Made by a program: the position numbers and the translations under genes. Shown piece after piece: positions 1 through 12,776 of a stretch of DNA of 64,000 nt (its first letter is position 1; every line of letters begins with the position of its first letter). Source of the DNA: Camelus ferus (lineage: Eukaryota); assembly GCF_009834535.1 (NCBI RefSeq), contig NC_045696.1, positions 100,380,001-100,444,000 on the forward strand, read 5' to 3'. The notes under the pieces are model-generated. The model worked only from the letters and a program-made list of their open reading frames with translations, made no database searches and was not told the origin of the DNA.

Positions 1-3000
1 AGGGAAAATGAGGAAACATGAACAGATAGTCACTAACTAATAATAATAAAGTGCCATGGCATGGGAAGTGAAAATCAAATCATTTTGTTGCAGCTGCTGT
101 CCAAATTGAATGAATCAATAAATTGGAGGAATGAATAAAATTAAAATCAATTAATGAAAGTCTGATATTTTTACCTGCCTGTTTTTTTCCTATAGCTTGA
201 CCAATCAGTGAATTTTCTGAAGAGAAACCACTTTTGTTTGGCAAGTTCTCAAATTTAGTCACTAGAATGGATAAATGGATTTATAAATTGGAATGTCTTT
301 AGAATTGTTTTATGGGACTCCCTGTCCAGTATATCCATGGGAGGACACAGAGGATGGTAACCTGGATTTGCATTAGGTAAAGCCAGTGACACAGAATAAA
401 ACTTGGAACTTACTGCTCACTCTGTTGGGTAAAACGCTAATCATAGATAGCACTCTAATTCCTCACTTCCAGATTGGCTATTTGGCACAGAGAGAGAAAT
501 ACAATACCAAGAAGTGAGAAAATGTGGCTCAAGCATCTCTGGTGAGGGACTTCTCACTATTTTAAACCACTGATGAAAAACTGACATTGTTTTATTAGCC
601 TCTGTTAATAATTAAAGACTACTTATCCATTTATTGGGCTAGGAAGGAAGAATTTTGGCTGGGCTAACTGATATCCTTAAATAATGTAATGACAAATACT
701 GAAAGCCAAAGAAGAAAGAAGCCGTGGATCTGAGATGCCCTAAGGAACTGCAGAGAGCAGCTGAATTAGAAACAGGAGGAATTTAGTGCTAGTCCCCATT
801 CTCTATCATTAGGTCCTTTCCTCAATAAGTTTGATGTGATCATTCCTTAAAGAAAATACTGGAAGATTATAAAGTTCTTGTTGTTCAGATCAAATTTCCA
901 TGTGGAAACCATGTTCCCTTAGTAGGAAAGTGTTAGCAATCTTAGTTCCTGCTAAGGACTGAAGGACTGAAAAACATGTGTCTGTATCTGATTTTTGAGC
1001 ATACCACGTAAGAAAGCAACTGGCAGACTGACATCTATAAAGCTGATAAACTTTACATAACAATAGTTTTATAAAATATAGTGATTATCATACATAATTA
1101 TGGCTTTAAATTTTTTCTTTATGAAGCTGGAGAAAATGAAGCTAGATATTTATGCAAATATCAGGTAGCTATTTGTTTTACTGGAACCAGAAATAAGAAC
1201 ATTACTATTATATATCTCCATACATTTTATAAAATCGGTTTACTTAATGTTGTATTATTTTAATCTCACAACAATTCTGAGGGAAAGGGGTTTGATAGTA
1301 TTCCATATAGCATGTAGGAAACGGGTTCTGAGTGTTTCCTTTAAACAGATCACACCATTCAAAATGTTTGAATACCATTGAGTTAGTTGTTGTTTCCAGC
1401 TCTGACATAAGCCTGTTTCTTGCACTGTAAAATAATAGGCTTAGTAGTAACAGCTCAACTCTGTTCTGTTAAAAACTCCATTATATGTTTCCTTATCCTG
1501 AAATGTAAAAGTATTGGGTCCTATTATATGCAGAACAATCTGTAAATAGGTTATGGTTGGGTATAAGGTGGTCAGTGTTTGATATCTTTCATTAGGAACG
1601 TTGGCTATGAGTACTAGGAAAATAAGATTTTAAGGCTTTTCCATTATGATAACATACAAATGTGTACTTCCAAATAGGCACAAGAACTGCCACTGCACAT
1701 GTACCAATGGAGATGACATCTCATGTAAATAGGAGACAGTCTCTTGTCTAAATGTGTAAGCTAGTCAAGCTATTTACTCTGTATGACGTGAGCAATTTTG
1801 GAAGTCACGTGAAGTGTTTAAGGTTATTGGAGCATGTTAATACACTGAAAGTCACTATTAAATGCTTGATATATTTTCCAAATGACCACAGTTTACTTTT
1901 GGGACTGTTTTTATGATGTGTGACAAATTTCCCCAATGCCAAGTGGTCGAATTTTCAATATTAGGGAGTTTTTTCCCCATGTTGCTTTGGCAAACCTCTA
2001 ACTGGGCCCAGATTGACAGGATATCAGCCTGCTTCTGCCATGGCTCTGAGCAACCCACCATGATCTTGGCCTTGACCTTCTGGGAAGAGGTTGCCTCATC
2101 AGATAAACCTCAGCTACTAGGTCCACCTGAATTTTGAGAAAATGTAACATATTTGACTATTAAGTGGCTTCTATCAAGATCATGCTCTATTGTTTGTTTG
2201 TTTGTTTTTAGATAGACTCTAGACTTTCTCTGTTCGTCCACCACTTCTGCCCAAGAACATACGGATGGCATCTAGAACTTGACCAGGCCCTCTGGGACTA
2301 TAACTGTCTTTATCTCTGTGGGAATTTTGATTATGATTCTCAAATTTCAAAATGAAGCCAACCAATCATTTCTGTATATATATCAGCATCAATTCACATT
2401 CTCTTTTTAAAATTCTTAGCCATCTTTAAAAGATGTACTGAGTTCTCAGAGGTGAAATGGAATAGCATTTCTTGAAATAGCATTTCTTGATAGAAATAGA
2501 GAAAAGAAGGCAATGAATGGCTTAAGCAAAATGTAGTGCAGCACAGAGATAAGATGTATAAAAAAAAGTCTCAATCGTTAAAGAATTCTATAGTCTGTAG
2601 CTTGAGATCTATAGAAGAAAGGAAAAGAAGAAAAAAAAAAGGATAATCTAGTTTCCAAATACATGTTATTATGTTCATCACTGAATTGAAACACCTTGAA
2701 AGGCTGTGATACAGATATTACTATGTCATCTGAGAGCCAAGGTTCTATTGAGTGTGTACTGCAGAAAGCTGGGAGGCTGACCACTGTATTCCCAACAAGG
2801 GCCCCCTTATCTGCAAGCTGGAAGAAGACTTGCTAAGGGCACTCCCTGAATTCTGATCCTGGTGGGAGGCAGCCAATAAAATAACATAGGCAGAAACAGA
2901 CTTAATGCTCCACGTGCTACACCAGACCTGGAATTTTTCTTAATTGTTACCACAGTCTCTACTCAGAAGTGGGGCAGAATTGCTCTACATGGACATTAAT

Positions 3001-3514
3001 AATCACAGTCTGGAAGAATTGACTTAGACCAAGTATTTGAGGCTCACATTTAATGGCAAAAGCAAAAGAAGTTTGCAGCAAATCTAGCAATGAAAAGAGG
3101 GTCATGATATGCTTACTTTTTTTTTTTTTTTACTGTTTTAATATAATTTTATTAGCAGTTATTACATCAGAATTCACATTTATAGAATCCAGCAGAAAAT
3201 TCTAAAGTATATGTAATTAGATTTTAATAGTAAGATGGAACATATTCTCAGCACAGCCCTTAAAAAGTCAAGAATAATACTGAGAATTAAGTACATTTCT
3301 ATCAAGAGCTGGAAATGAATTCTGTGTGCATAGTGTCACTTAAAGCAAAGTTCCACGGAGGTATGCCATGCCTGCTTTTGACAAGAAAAATGACCTTTTC
3401 AAATTTGGGGAGAATTGGTGAATATATACGAGATTTAATTAGACCCTTATCTCATCAGTGAGTGTGTACATAACTTAGGTAACACATCTCTTGGTACATA
3501 CAAAATAATAATGA

Positions 3515-3760
3515 TAATAACTAAAATTTATTGAGGTTTTTTTGTGTTTTTTTTTTTTACTATATGACAGACATTATTCTGAGATATCTTTCAATGCAAA
3601 TTTTGACACAGGTCTATAAGTTAGGTACTATTATTGACTCCATTTTATACACAATGAAACTAAGGCACAAAGAAGTTAAGAATTTGCCCAAGATTAGTGA
3701 TGGTGCCAGTAAACTTATAAATGCCAACTCCAAATCCCCAATCTCTAATCTTCATGCTAT
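3515..3760 (-). mobile_element. MIR SINE (decayed)
   Basis: MIR core-like ccattttatacacaatgaaactaaggcacaaagaagttaagaatttgcccaag, preceded by atttattgag...tatatgacagacattattctg. Confidence 0.75.
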
Positions 3761-3961
3761 GGAGAATTATAAATTTACTTAGCATTTTAATACTCTAATC
3801 CATACAATAAAAAGTGATGAACTAAGAAAAAAAGCTTGTGGGAAACACATTGGGATGAAGTCTTTCTAGGAGCATTTCAGAGTCTTGAAAATAGATAGCC
3901 ATAAATTTTCAATAAAGATATATTTAATCTTATTAGAAAATTTTAATGCATTAAAATTTTA

Positions 3962-4070
3962 TTTTTATGTATTTATTTTTTTAAATGGAGATACTAGGGA
4001 TTGAGCACTGGACCTTGTGCATTTCATGCATGCTAAGCATGCACTGTACAACTGAGCTATTACCCTCCCC
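3962..4070 (-). mobile_element. Vic-1-type tRNA-Ala-derived SINE (camelid), short form
   Basis: Minus strand reads ggggagggtaatagctcagttgtacagtgcatgcttagcatgc...ggtccagtgctcaatccctagtatctcca plus an A-rich tail; degenerate flanking repeat aaaattttatttttatgt / aaaatatattttcatgt. Confidence 0.85.
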
Positions 4071-4185
4071 ACCAAAAATATATTTTCATGTGTAAAAATA
4101 GGAGACCATATGATATCCTCTCCGGCAATTTTATGAAAAGAACAAAGTTCAAAGTTATGAAATTTTGTTTGAGTGGAATATATAA

Positions 4186-4358
4186 GTGTTGTTTTTAACC
4201 TTGGCTTCACATAGGACTTGCTTGGGGAACTTAAAAAACTTATGAATGCCTGGGTCCCACCCCAGAGCTTCTTCCTAAATTGGTGCCAGGTATGGCCTGG
4301 GCATTAGCATTGACGAAAGCTGCTCAGGTGACATCCACTGTGAAAACTCAGGGCTTGA
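4186..4358. mobile_element. MER5A/MER5-like hAT-Charlie MITE
   Basis: gttgtttttaaccttggcttcacatag...atgcctgggtcccaccccagag...ggcctgggcattagcatt...ctgctcaggtga resembles MER5A. Confidence 0.75.
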
Positions 4359-4394
4359 CTTGAGGGTAGTGTCCTGATACACTCTAAGCACTCA

Positions 4395-4615
4395 GGATTG
4401 GATCAGTCTTACTAGGTTTGAACCCACAAGTGTAAACTGTGTGATTTTGGGGGACTTACTTTTCCTTCCAGAGAATCAGTTTTCCCTTTGTATACAATGG
4501 TGATAATAAAGGCACTTAATTGCGGATTTGTGGCAAACACACAAATCTTCTGGCAATGCATTTGCATCTCTGAGCATAGTGATTAGCATGTCATAATGAC
4601 TCAATAAATTTAGCG
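4395..4615 (+). mobile_element. MIR SINE
   Basis: ggtttgaaccc...ctgtgtgattttgggggacttactt...tcagtttccctttgtatacaatggtgataataa...gactcaataaatttagc. Confidence 0.7.
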
Positions 4616-5534
4616 TTTTTTTTAAGACTGAAGGTGGATCATAGGTGAGTTTTTCTCTCCACATTATGAGATAATTATATGGAAAATTAATAAAGTAGAA
4701 TTATACTTCATCGAATTTAATGCTTTAATTGATAACCTCTATGAATATTAAATATTATCGTTTTATATCTATCTGTCACTGCCGAACTAGCTAACTATGT
4801 AGTTTTTCAGAATAGGAGTTCACCTTCATTTGCTTGGCATCAGCTATATTCCAGGGCACAGGAGAGAGTTAAAAGACATGTAAATGTGAAGGAGGGAGCT
4901 TTATGGAGTTTTATTCTATCTTATTTTTCCCCCAAAGAGAGTCTTCATGACTCCCAATGTCCCAGTCCTCTTGGATCTTTCTGTCTTACTTCAGTCTTGC
5001 TTATTGAAATGTCCATGAGTAAGTCCAAGGCTATCTTTTTGACTGTTCTGGAGCAACAATTTAATGTAGTGACATATTGATCATACTGGACGTTGTTCTA
5101 GGCGGCATTCTATCTTTCTGTGAGGTCTCGTACTGACTCCTGACTTAGATCCAACATCTGCTTTTCTGATTCTGCTTAATTTCTCATTTCCTGGCTCATA
5201 ACCACAGCCATGTGAAGGTTTCAAGTTCCTGCTTGCCATAAGCTACTGTTCCCAAGTTATGGCCGATGAACAAGTGCTTTAAGACGTGGTATCACTCGAC
5301 AATACATGCTTATGAGTTACTGCAAATATCTTGGCTATAAACTTTATTCATTGGGCCAGAAACTTTTACGAATGTCCCAGGCTTTTCAGTGTATCTGAGT
5401 TAAACAAGTCTAAGTAAAGTGGGCTTGTTTTGCCCTTTCTTTCTTATTAGGTAACATGAAAAGATTATAGTAAAGATGATGCTTTAGGACTAGAAATAGA
5501 AAAAAAAAATTTTTATGTCTAAAGTATATTTAAA

Positions 5535-5685
5535 GGGAGAGTATAGCTCAGTGATAGAGTGCATGCCTTGCATGCATGAGGTCCTGGGTTCAATCCCCAG
5601 TACCTCCATTAAGATAAACAAACAAACAAACCTAATTACCACCCCAAAACAAAACAAAGCAAAGCAAAAAAAAAAAAAAAAAAAA
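5535..5685 (+). mobile_element. Vic-1-type tRNA-Ala-derived SINE (camelid), long form with poly(A)
   Basis: gggagagtatagctcagtgatagagtgcatgccttgcatgcatgaggtcctgggttcaatccccagtacctcca (tRNA-Ala-like, A and B boxes), then aaac repeats, cctaattacc and an A tail. Confidence 0.92.
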
Positions 5686-7814
5686 GTAGCATCAGTGTGA
5701 GTGGTGACAAAGCACACATTGAGAACATTATAAGAATATCAGTGTGCACACCCCACAAGGGTACTGTCCAGGTATGCATCCAAAGTTGCCCATTTTCTTA
5801 GGGCTGGAGATGTGCTGAGTTCTGTGCAGTTAAGGAGGATTTACCTCCTCTCCAACTCTGCATTGCCCTTTGTCACTTCAGTCCAGAAACAGCAGTATTT
5901 CTGCCCAGAGTCTCCTAGAAACAGCAACGTCTCTTCTGGCCCTATGCCATTTTTCATGATGAGCTTCAGTCTAGTCCAAGTGATTTGACAGGGAGTAGAT
6001 GGCCTACAACAATTTCCTTTTCTTTCTATTAGTTCTTTCTCCCTTGGGTCCCTTTTAAAAAACTAATGTTAAAACTCCTTTCTCAACCTTCTGCTAAATT
6101 CTTATCCCCTTGTTCCTGTACAGGAGTACTTGAGACTGGAGTGGCAGTTACATAACTCTGCTTAGCAGAAGCATTTATTCCAGGATTTACTTCTATTTAC
6201 TTTTCCATGGCTGACAGCATTTCAGTTCCACTGAACCATGACTCATTCCCACTGGGGAATAATTAGGAAACGAGAGAAACTAGAAATAGAAAATGGAAAT
6301 AAAAGAGACAAAAGAATAAGAATATAGGATCTTGCAATAAAGTTTGGGAGCTGTAAAGTCAACCAGAATGTTAGATATGCACTCCAAGGTTGTCAGAAAA
6401 ATTTAACTTTGGATGTTCTGTGGAAAACAGACTATGAACAAACCTTTGGTCTAAAGTCATTCTTGACTGAGCTAAGATTCTGTAACCATGTGTTGGGGAG
6501 AACTGCTGAAAAAAGTACCTTTTTAGCATAGCTGAGTATATTAAATAGAAATATTTCTGAATTTTCCATCTCAAACATTATTATCCATTTCTAGAACTAT
6601 GGGGAGATTGCAGAGGAAATCAATAACTCTAAATCATATATCAAATAACTGTTAACATTTGGATGGCACCTCAGGTCTTGGGAAATAAAAACACTTCTAA
6701 GCATGTATATTTTCTGCAACTAAGACAAAAAGATTAAAAAAAATTGCTGAAGGTTTTGGTGAGAGAAAATCTAAAGCTGTCATCTAATGACCAAAGGAAT
6801 AGTAAATAAATGAATTTTAAAATCTCATTAGTAATACTTTGAGATGTGTGAAACATCTTTGATGCTTTACTTTAGTAAAATCTTTATTTTAGTGATCTTC
6901 AAGGTCAGAAAGTTGTAAAAGTCATAAAAGTTAAAAAGTTACATGTAACTTTATCCCCCAAATGCTGTCTCTCCCTGAAGATCTTATGCTTCTGAATGAA
7001 TAAGACAGAGTCTGCTTTTTTTGCTCTTTACAGCTCATCTTCTTAAGGTCTTACAGGATTTTAAAAAAGAGTGTTGCAATAAAGATTAAACAATTTTAAA
7101 AGTATCCTTTGTATTACAATGAATTGTGTTTTTGTATGTTTAATGAAAATTTCACTATCGTCAAGGAAATGCTTTATTCTTTTAGCAGGACCTATGTTTG
7201 TTTTTGAACTATCTGGAGTATTGGTCTCCACTATATTTGTGTGTGTCATAGAACAGTAATAGAGGAGGTACTGTGTCAAGGTCAGACATCACAGGATCAG
7301 TTGAAAACCTCCCTACCTGCATGTTAGTGGGTGTGAGATTTGGGAGTGAAATAATCCAGTTGGATTCCCTCACCACTCTTTCTTGAGGCTGGGAGAAGGT
7401 GATCATTTCACCTAGGGTAGTGGCTTAAATGGTAATGGGAACAAATGTCTTTTTCAAGTGAACTTCATTAGCATCCAAGAAAGAGTAGAGAGCCTGAGTT
7501 TGTAAGACAAAAGAGAAGACAAACCTTTGGAAGTTTTCCAAAGAAAAGATTTGGCAAAGGGGATCAGTAGCAGAAAGAGGAAGATGAGGAGGAAAGAAAA
7601 AGAAGGGAAGGAAAGAGAGAAATTGAGTGAGGGGGAAGGAGAAGGGAGGGAGGGAGAGAGAGGAAGAGGGAGAAAGTCTTCACGAATCTATTGCCAAAGT
7701 CTACAACCAACCTTTCTGTGGTACATGAGGAAAAATTAAGTTAATATTAAAATTCCTGGTGCTTTCTGTGTTCTACTGTTCTGTGAAGATACACAGATTC
7801 TCCTTATAGCTCTA

Positions 7815-8394
7815 TATTGCTTAACGCAAGTTCATGTGCCCTACATACAACATGTGCCCTACACCCAATGAGGCCAAACAAACCAACAAGTTGGAGTTTG
7901 GAGCAGAGAGAGGTTTATTGTAGGGCCAAGCAAGGAGAATGGGTGGCTTGTGCTCAAAAAGCCTGAACCTCCATCCCAATGGCTTTCAGGGAGAAGTTTT
8001 TATAGGCAAAATTTGGGATGAGGGCTGCAAGTTGTGTGATTTCTTCTGATTGGTTGGTGGTGAGGTAACAGGGCAGTGTTCCAGGAATCTAGTGCTCAGC
8101 CTGAAGTTGCCATTCTCTGTCCCGATGGGGGCCTTCGTTCCTGTAGAAGTACTTAAAGATATTGTTATGTATATTCCTTGAGGAGGAGCCAGGACCCTGC
8201 CTCAAGTCTGCACTATTGTTTTTTGACTGCCCCTCCTGTGTTTCTGCACTCCCTAGCTTCCCTAATTAGAAACTGTTTGAGTCTGCCCTTTAGAACTCAG
8301 GGAAGGTCTAGGAGGCCTTTCTCCTACAAACAAGAAACAAGGGACATGGGAAGACTTGCGCCCGGAGGGCCCCATGGGATCATGCATGGTTTCA
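7815..8394 (-). mobile_element. ERV1-type solo LTR (family shared with 11590-12331 and 50569-51181)
   Basis: Ends ggtttca (TGAAACC on minus); minus-strand AATAAA (ggtttattg); colinear similarity to 50569-51181. Confidence 0.85.
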
Positions 8395-9944
8395 GAAATG
8401 CTCTGAAAATGAAGGCTCCCAGATGACTAAATTTAGTTAAAGTAATGGCTAAAAACCCACCAAAAGTAGCTGTTTTGAGAGAAGGACTAAAGCTTAGAGG
8501 ATGGCTAAGTAATTACATGTTTTATGAGGTCCAAGGTAGGCATAAATCCCCTTGGAGTTCACAAGGAGGTCCAGGTACCAGTCTAAAGATATTTGTGGGC
8601 ATTTTGTCAAAGGGTTCCATTAGGCAAGGGGTAGAGAAAGATTTTCCTTATCATTATTGAAAGGTAGAGGGAACAGAGCTAGTCTGAAGAAGATCTTCAC
8701 AATGACTCTAAAGCTGTAGATCCTGCACGTTCTCTCATCTTGACATGTGGCCACCCACAACTGCTTGAATGAAGGGTGTAACTGCTAAAGAAGGGAGTAC
8801 AGTCATTTGGAGTTCTGAGAATTTAAAGCAGCATTCCTGTCAGTCAACCCCTCCCAGCTTTGTCCCCAGGCAGTTCTCTCCTGTGAAACTAAGAATCCTG
8901 TAGGCTATCCTCCTGGGATGAGAAAGAGAAAAGTGTCAATTTATAGGCAGAAGTCAGACTACTAAAGCCTCAAGAGATCTTAATGAATATCTAATCTGTC
9001 TCAGAGAAAATACCAGCCCAGAAAAGTTGTTTCATATGCATCGTTACAGTTTAAGGAGAGAGTAAGGACGAAAATTCTGTTTTTTTAATTCCAATTGCAG
9101 GATAATGGCCTCTACCCCTTGTCTGAGAAGTTATGAAAAAAATGGAGTGGAAAAAGTCTGAACAAAAGTGTTTTTGGATCCCTTATGTTATTCAAATTAT
9201 TTCTTCTTGTAAAAATCTCCGTGAGGCATATTTTTTTCTAACTTTAGCATTAAATCCACATTGAAAATTGAGAAACAGATCTTGTTCCATAGGAAAAAAA
9301 AAAGAAAAGAGAAAGAAAAAGTATATGAATGTAGTGGAGGAAGTCTGTTAATTTTTAAATTAACTGACCAAAGGCCCCATGGGCTAATACATCAGAGGGT
9401 TTGCTTGTGAAAAATGATTTTTGATGTCTAAATATTTTATAGATGCTCTTACCTAATATTATTTCCAGAGATGCATAGTATAGACATGTAGGCAGTTTGC
9501 TAAAAAGCTACTACTACTTGGGAAACTGGAAGTCTGGGTGGTCCTCTGACCACTTACATGAGCTGATGTATGTGATTTTATGGTCCTGAAAAACACAGTT
9601 TATTATATAATTTTATAATACCACATATGCTATTCTTAGACCTAGTACACTGAGGTTCTTTATAATAATGACAGATATATGATTCATCAAGATGTCATAA
9701 AAAAGATGGAAGAACATTTTAGAAAGCAAAAAGAATGTGGTGAAAGTGGAAAGAATATATATAAATGGAATAAGAAGGAGGTTGCAGGATTTTATGATTA
9801 AATCCATCAGAAAACATTGACTTAGACTTTTAACCTTTTATTTAACCTCTTTCCATAAAAAGCTGGTTTTAAGTGACTTATTATGTGCATATGTATTTAA
9901 GTTACATCTAAATTCAGGGCTGACTGATGTCAAGCAATCACTCT

Positions 9945-10518
9945 ACCAGTCAGCCACCCAGAGTGAAACAGAATTCAATTCACATGGTTCAACTGAAGAC
10001 TTTAATGAAAGAACTGCTTACAGAGTTGTGGGCAGGGACAAGAGACCAAAAAATGAGGTGGAGACAACCAAAGATAGTTAATGCTGGAAGCTGTTACTAC
10101 TCCTGAGTCTTAAAGGGACAAAGGGAGGGAGTAATGTTCTGGTAAAGGCAAGTCTGTACTGGGACTAAAACCTTGCAAGGAGAGGAATGGATAAAAGGCA
10201 CTTATTAGGGGCCAAAGTCAAGAAGAGATGCTGACAATGCTAGAAAACATAGGCCTGGTATGTGTGTTGGTGGGTCAGGTTTGGGGGTGTGATTATAGGG
10301 AAATTACCCAGGAAAAATTCTCCCAAAATCCCAATCTGTTTCATCTCAGTCTCAGCTCTCTTGTCAAAAAGATCCTTTGCCTTTTGGCCAAGCCCACTAG
10401 AAGCCAGAAAACAAAAAACCTGAGAAATATATTCTATAAGAGTCCATTGCTTGGGGCACACAGCAAGACAGAAAGAGGATGGAGAATGGATCTGGAAAGA
10501 TAAGGAGAGAATGTCCAC
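9945..10518 (-). mobile_element. Ancient ERVL-type LTR (LTR33/LTR84-like)
   Basis: accagtcag...aaacagaattc...tttaatgaaagaactgcttacagag...gctgttactactcctgagtcttaaagggacaaagggaggg...aagcccactagaagccaga motifs. Confidence 0.5.
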
Positions 10519-11312
10519 TTCGTCTCAGATGTTAAGAATCGCAGGTCTCTCCATTGTCCCGAGCCAAAAGAGAGATGCTGGGTGAAAGCAAGCTTGCCTA
10601 ATGCAGAAGGAGGGGGTGAATGATACCACCACTGATACAGCCATTCTAGTCAGAAAAATATGCTCTTAACACAGCATGACAATCTGGGCTTGGACTAATG
10701 CTTCTGGTGTTCTCTATTATCTGGGAGTAGGTGGGAGAGGAAGGAAGTCCTGTTAGTAGCACAAAACGCAAAGATATGTTCCTGGGGAGAAAGCATGGTT
10801 TGGTAAGAAGACCATCATACTGACAGTCAAGATACCCTGTTCTCTCACTTGCTGGATGCATAATCTGGATACCTAACTTTCTGAAAGTCAGTTAGCACCC
10901 TGTAAGCTGAAGGGGCTTGATTATAAAAGCCTTTGAGTTTAACATATTATGAGTTCTTTTTATCAGTCTCCCTCAAAATGCCCACTTCCTTTATTATTGA
11001 ACAATTAACCTTGCAGAGCATTGAAGTGATACAGTTTATTTTTGTTTTAATTTTTCTAAATGGAGGTGCCATGTTAGATTCTTCTTTCACTTTTCCTAGC
11101 CTTTACCATTAAGTTCTGAATTTTCTTCCTCTGATATTTTACTCAGTTTTGCTCTTTCTCTTCCATTTTGTTTTAATCCAGGACCTACCACTTCCTAGCT
11201 AGAGCATGACACCAGCCTCCTACAGCCTCAAAAACCCATCTTCTTAAGTTAAATTGTTACAAAGAAAGAAAAGCGGTTAGTGGATTTTTCATAGAGTAGG
11301 ATGAATTGTTCG

Positions 11313-12618
11313 TGATTGGGATCAGAGGATGGCTACCCCAGGATGAGCCACTCTTGCATGCAGATTATTTTGAGCTGAAAACAATAAAGGCCCAAAACTC
11401 TCAGGAAGAACTGTTAAACTTCCCCCTTACTACCTAAAAAAATTTAATATAAGAGGCCTGTCCCAGGAAGGAGCTATCACCATAGATAACTATGGTAAAG
11501 TATGAACTAGGTGTGATAGAAACAGAGAGAAACCTAGCAAAGCCCTTTTGATCAAAGTCTTCTCTGTGTCCCTTTGATTTTGGATGGTCTGTTACTGAAC
11601 AGAACTTGGGGTCCTTTCCTGATGCACAGCAAAGCCAATCTACTGACACTAGGTTGTGTTGAAGGAAAGGATAGCATTTATTGTAGAGCACCAAGCAAGG
11701 AGAATGGGCAGCTAGTGCTCAGAGACCCAAACTTTCCCATGGCTTTCACATAAGGGTTTTTAAAGACAGTGTTAGGGGAGAAGGTTGTAGGGTGCATGAT
11801 CAGCTTGTGGACAATTCTCTGACTGGTTGATGGTAAGGTAGCAGGGTGGTGTTTCAGGAAATTTGACCAACCAGTCTAGGATCTCTGTGTTTGAGGTCAG
11901 CAGTTGTCACCTGGTGAGGGGCCGGTTTCTGTAAAAACATCTTAAGAATATGTGTCAGACATGATCTGTTTTTCTCAAGGACCCCATCTGACAGTTTGAC
12001 TTATTGCTTGTTATTATCTTCTTTGCTTGACTGCCTCTTCTTTGTTCCAGTTTCTGCTCCTTCTTAAATGATTAACTGCTTGAGTCTGTTCTTTGGAACT
12101 TGAGGAGGCCTAGGAGATGAAAGCATTTTCCACAAACAAGAGATAGGGACACAGAGGAGTTTCTGTATCCAGGGGGCTCCTGCAGGGTCCTGTTCAGTTT
12201 CACTCCCCTGTTTTCTTTGATACTCCTGAGAGGAACAGGGGCGGGACAAAAAATAAGGAAATAAAGTTGTGGATAGAGAGGTTAATCATAAACTCGTCAG
12301 GGGAGCTTGGTTTTAGGGGGACTTGGTTTCAGGCCCAGCAAACTTTTTTTTTTTTTAAACCAAACACTAATTCTTTTTATTTTCCTGTGAATTATCTTAT
12401 TTCCCTTTGAAGCCTCAGACCCCATGTCCTTCTCCTTTGCTCAGAATAATATATATACCTCACCTTGCCTTGCTGTATTTGGAGTTGTTCACACTTATGT
12501 GTATTCCTCATGGCCAGGCAATAAATTTTATTTTCTCCTGTTAATCGGCCTTATGTTATTTTAATTGCCAACCAAAAGAGCTAAAAGGGGCAAGAGGGGC
12601 AATTTCCCCTTCCCCATA
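11313..12618 (+). mobile_element. MER34-like ERV1 solo LTR, split by a nested LTR
   Basis: 5' tgattgggatcagaggatggctaccccagg...gattattttgagctgaa; 3' aataaattttattttctcctgttaatc...aatttccccttccccata; flanks ttcg (11309-11312) / ttca (12619-12622). Confidence 0.8.
11590..12331 (-). mobile_element. ERV1 solo LTR nested in the MER34-like LTR, with extended U3 end
   Basis: tgttac...ggtttca termini; TSD ggtc (11586-11589) / ggcc (12332-12335); similarity to 7815-8394 and 50569-51181. Confidence 0.85.
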
Positions 12619-12776
12619 TTCACGAAGTAAACAGTTAGAGATGAACTAAAAGACCCATATTTTTATATAAATCCAACAAACCTTTATCAAGTGCTACTCT
12701 TGTACTAAACATTATATTAAATGCTGAGGATGAAACAATGAAAGACACTGAAGGTCTCCACAGTTTACATTTTAAC

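Noticed and set aside
5535..5608. Apparent tRNA-Ala gene
   Set aside because: Acceptor stem is mispaired, it is followed by a SINE body and poly(A) with no oligo-T terminator, and similar copies elsewhere have TSDs; it is a SINE head.
7572..7675. Purine-rich tract and its K/R/E-rich ORF
   Set aside because: Low-complexity GA-rich sequence; the ORF is a by-product.
7815..12331. Same-orientation related LTRs as the two ends of one provirus
   Set aside because: No primer-binding site or gag/pol/env remnants recognised between them, the copies are clearly diverged, and the second has its own TSD inside another LTR.
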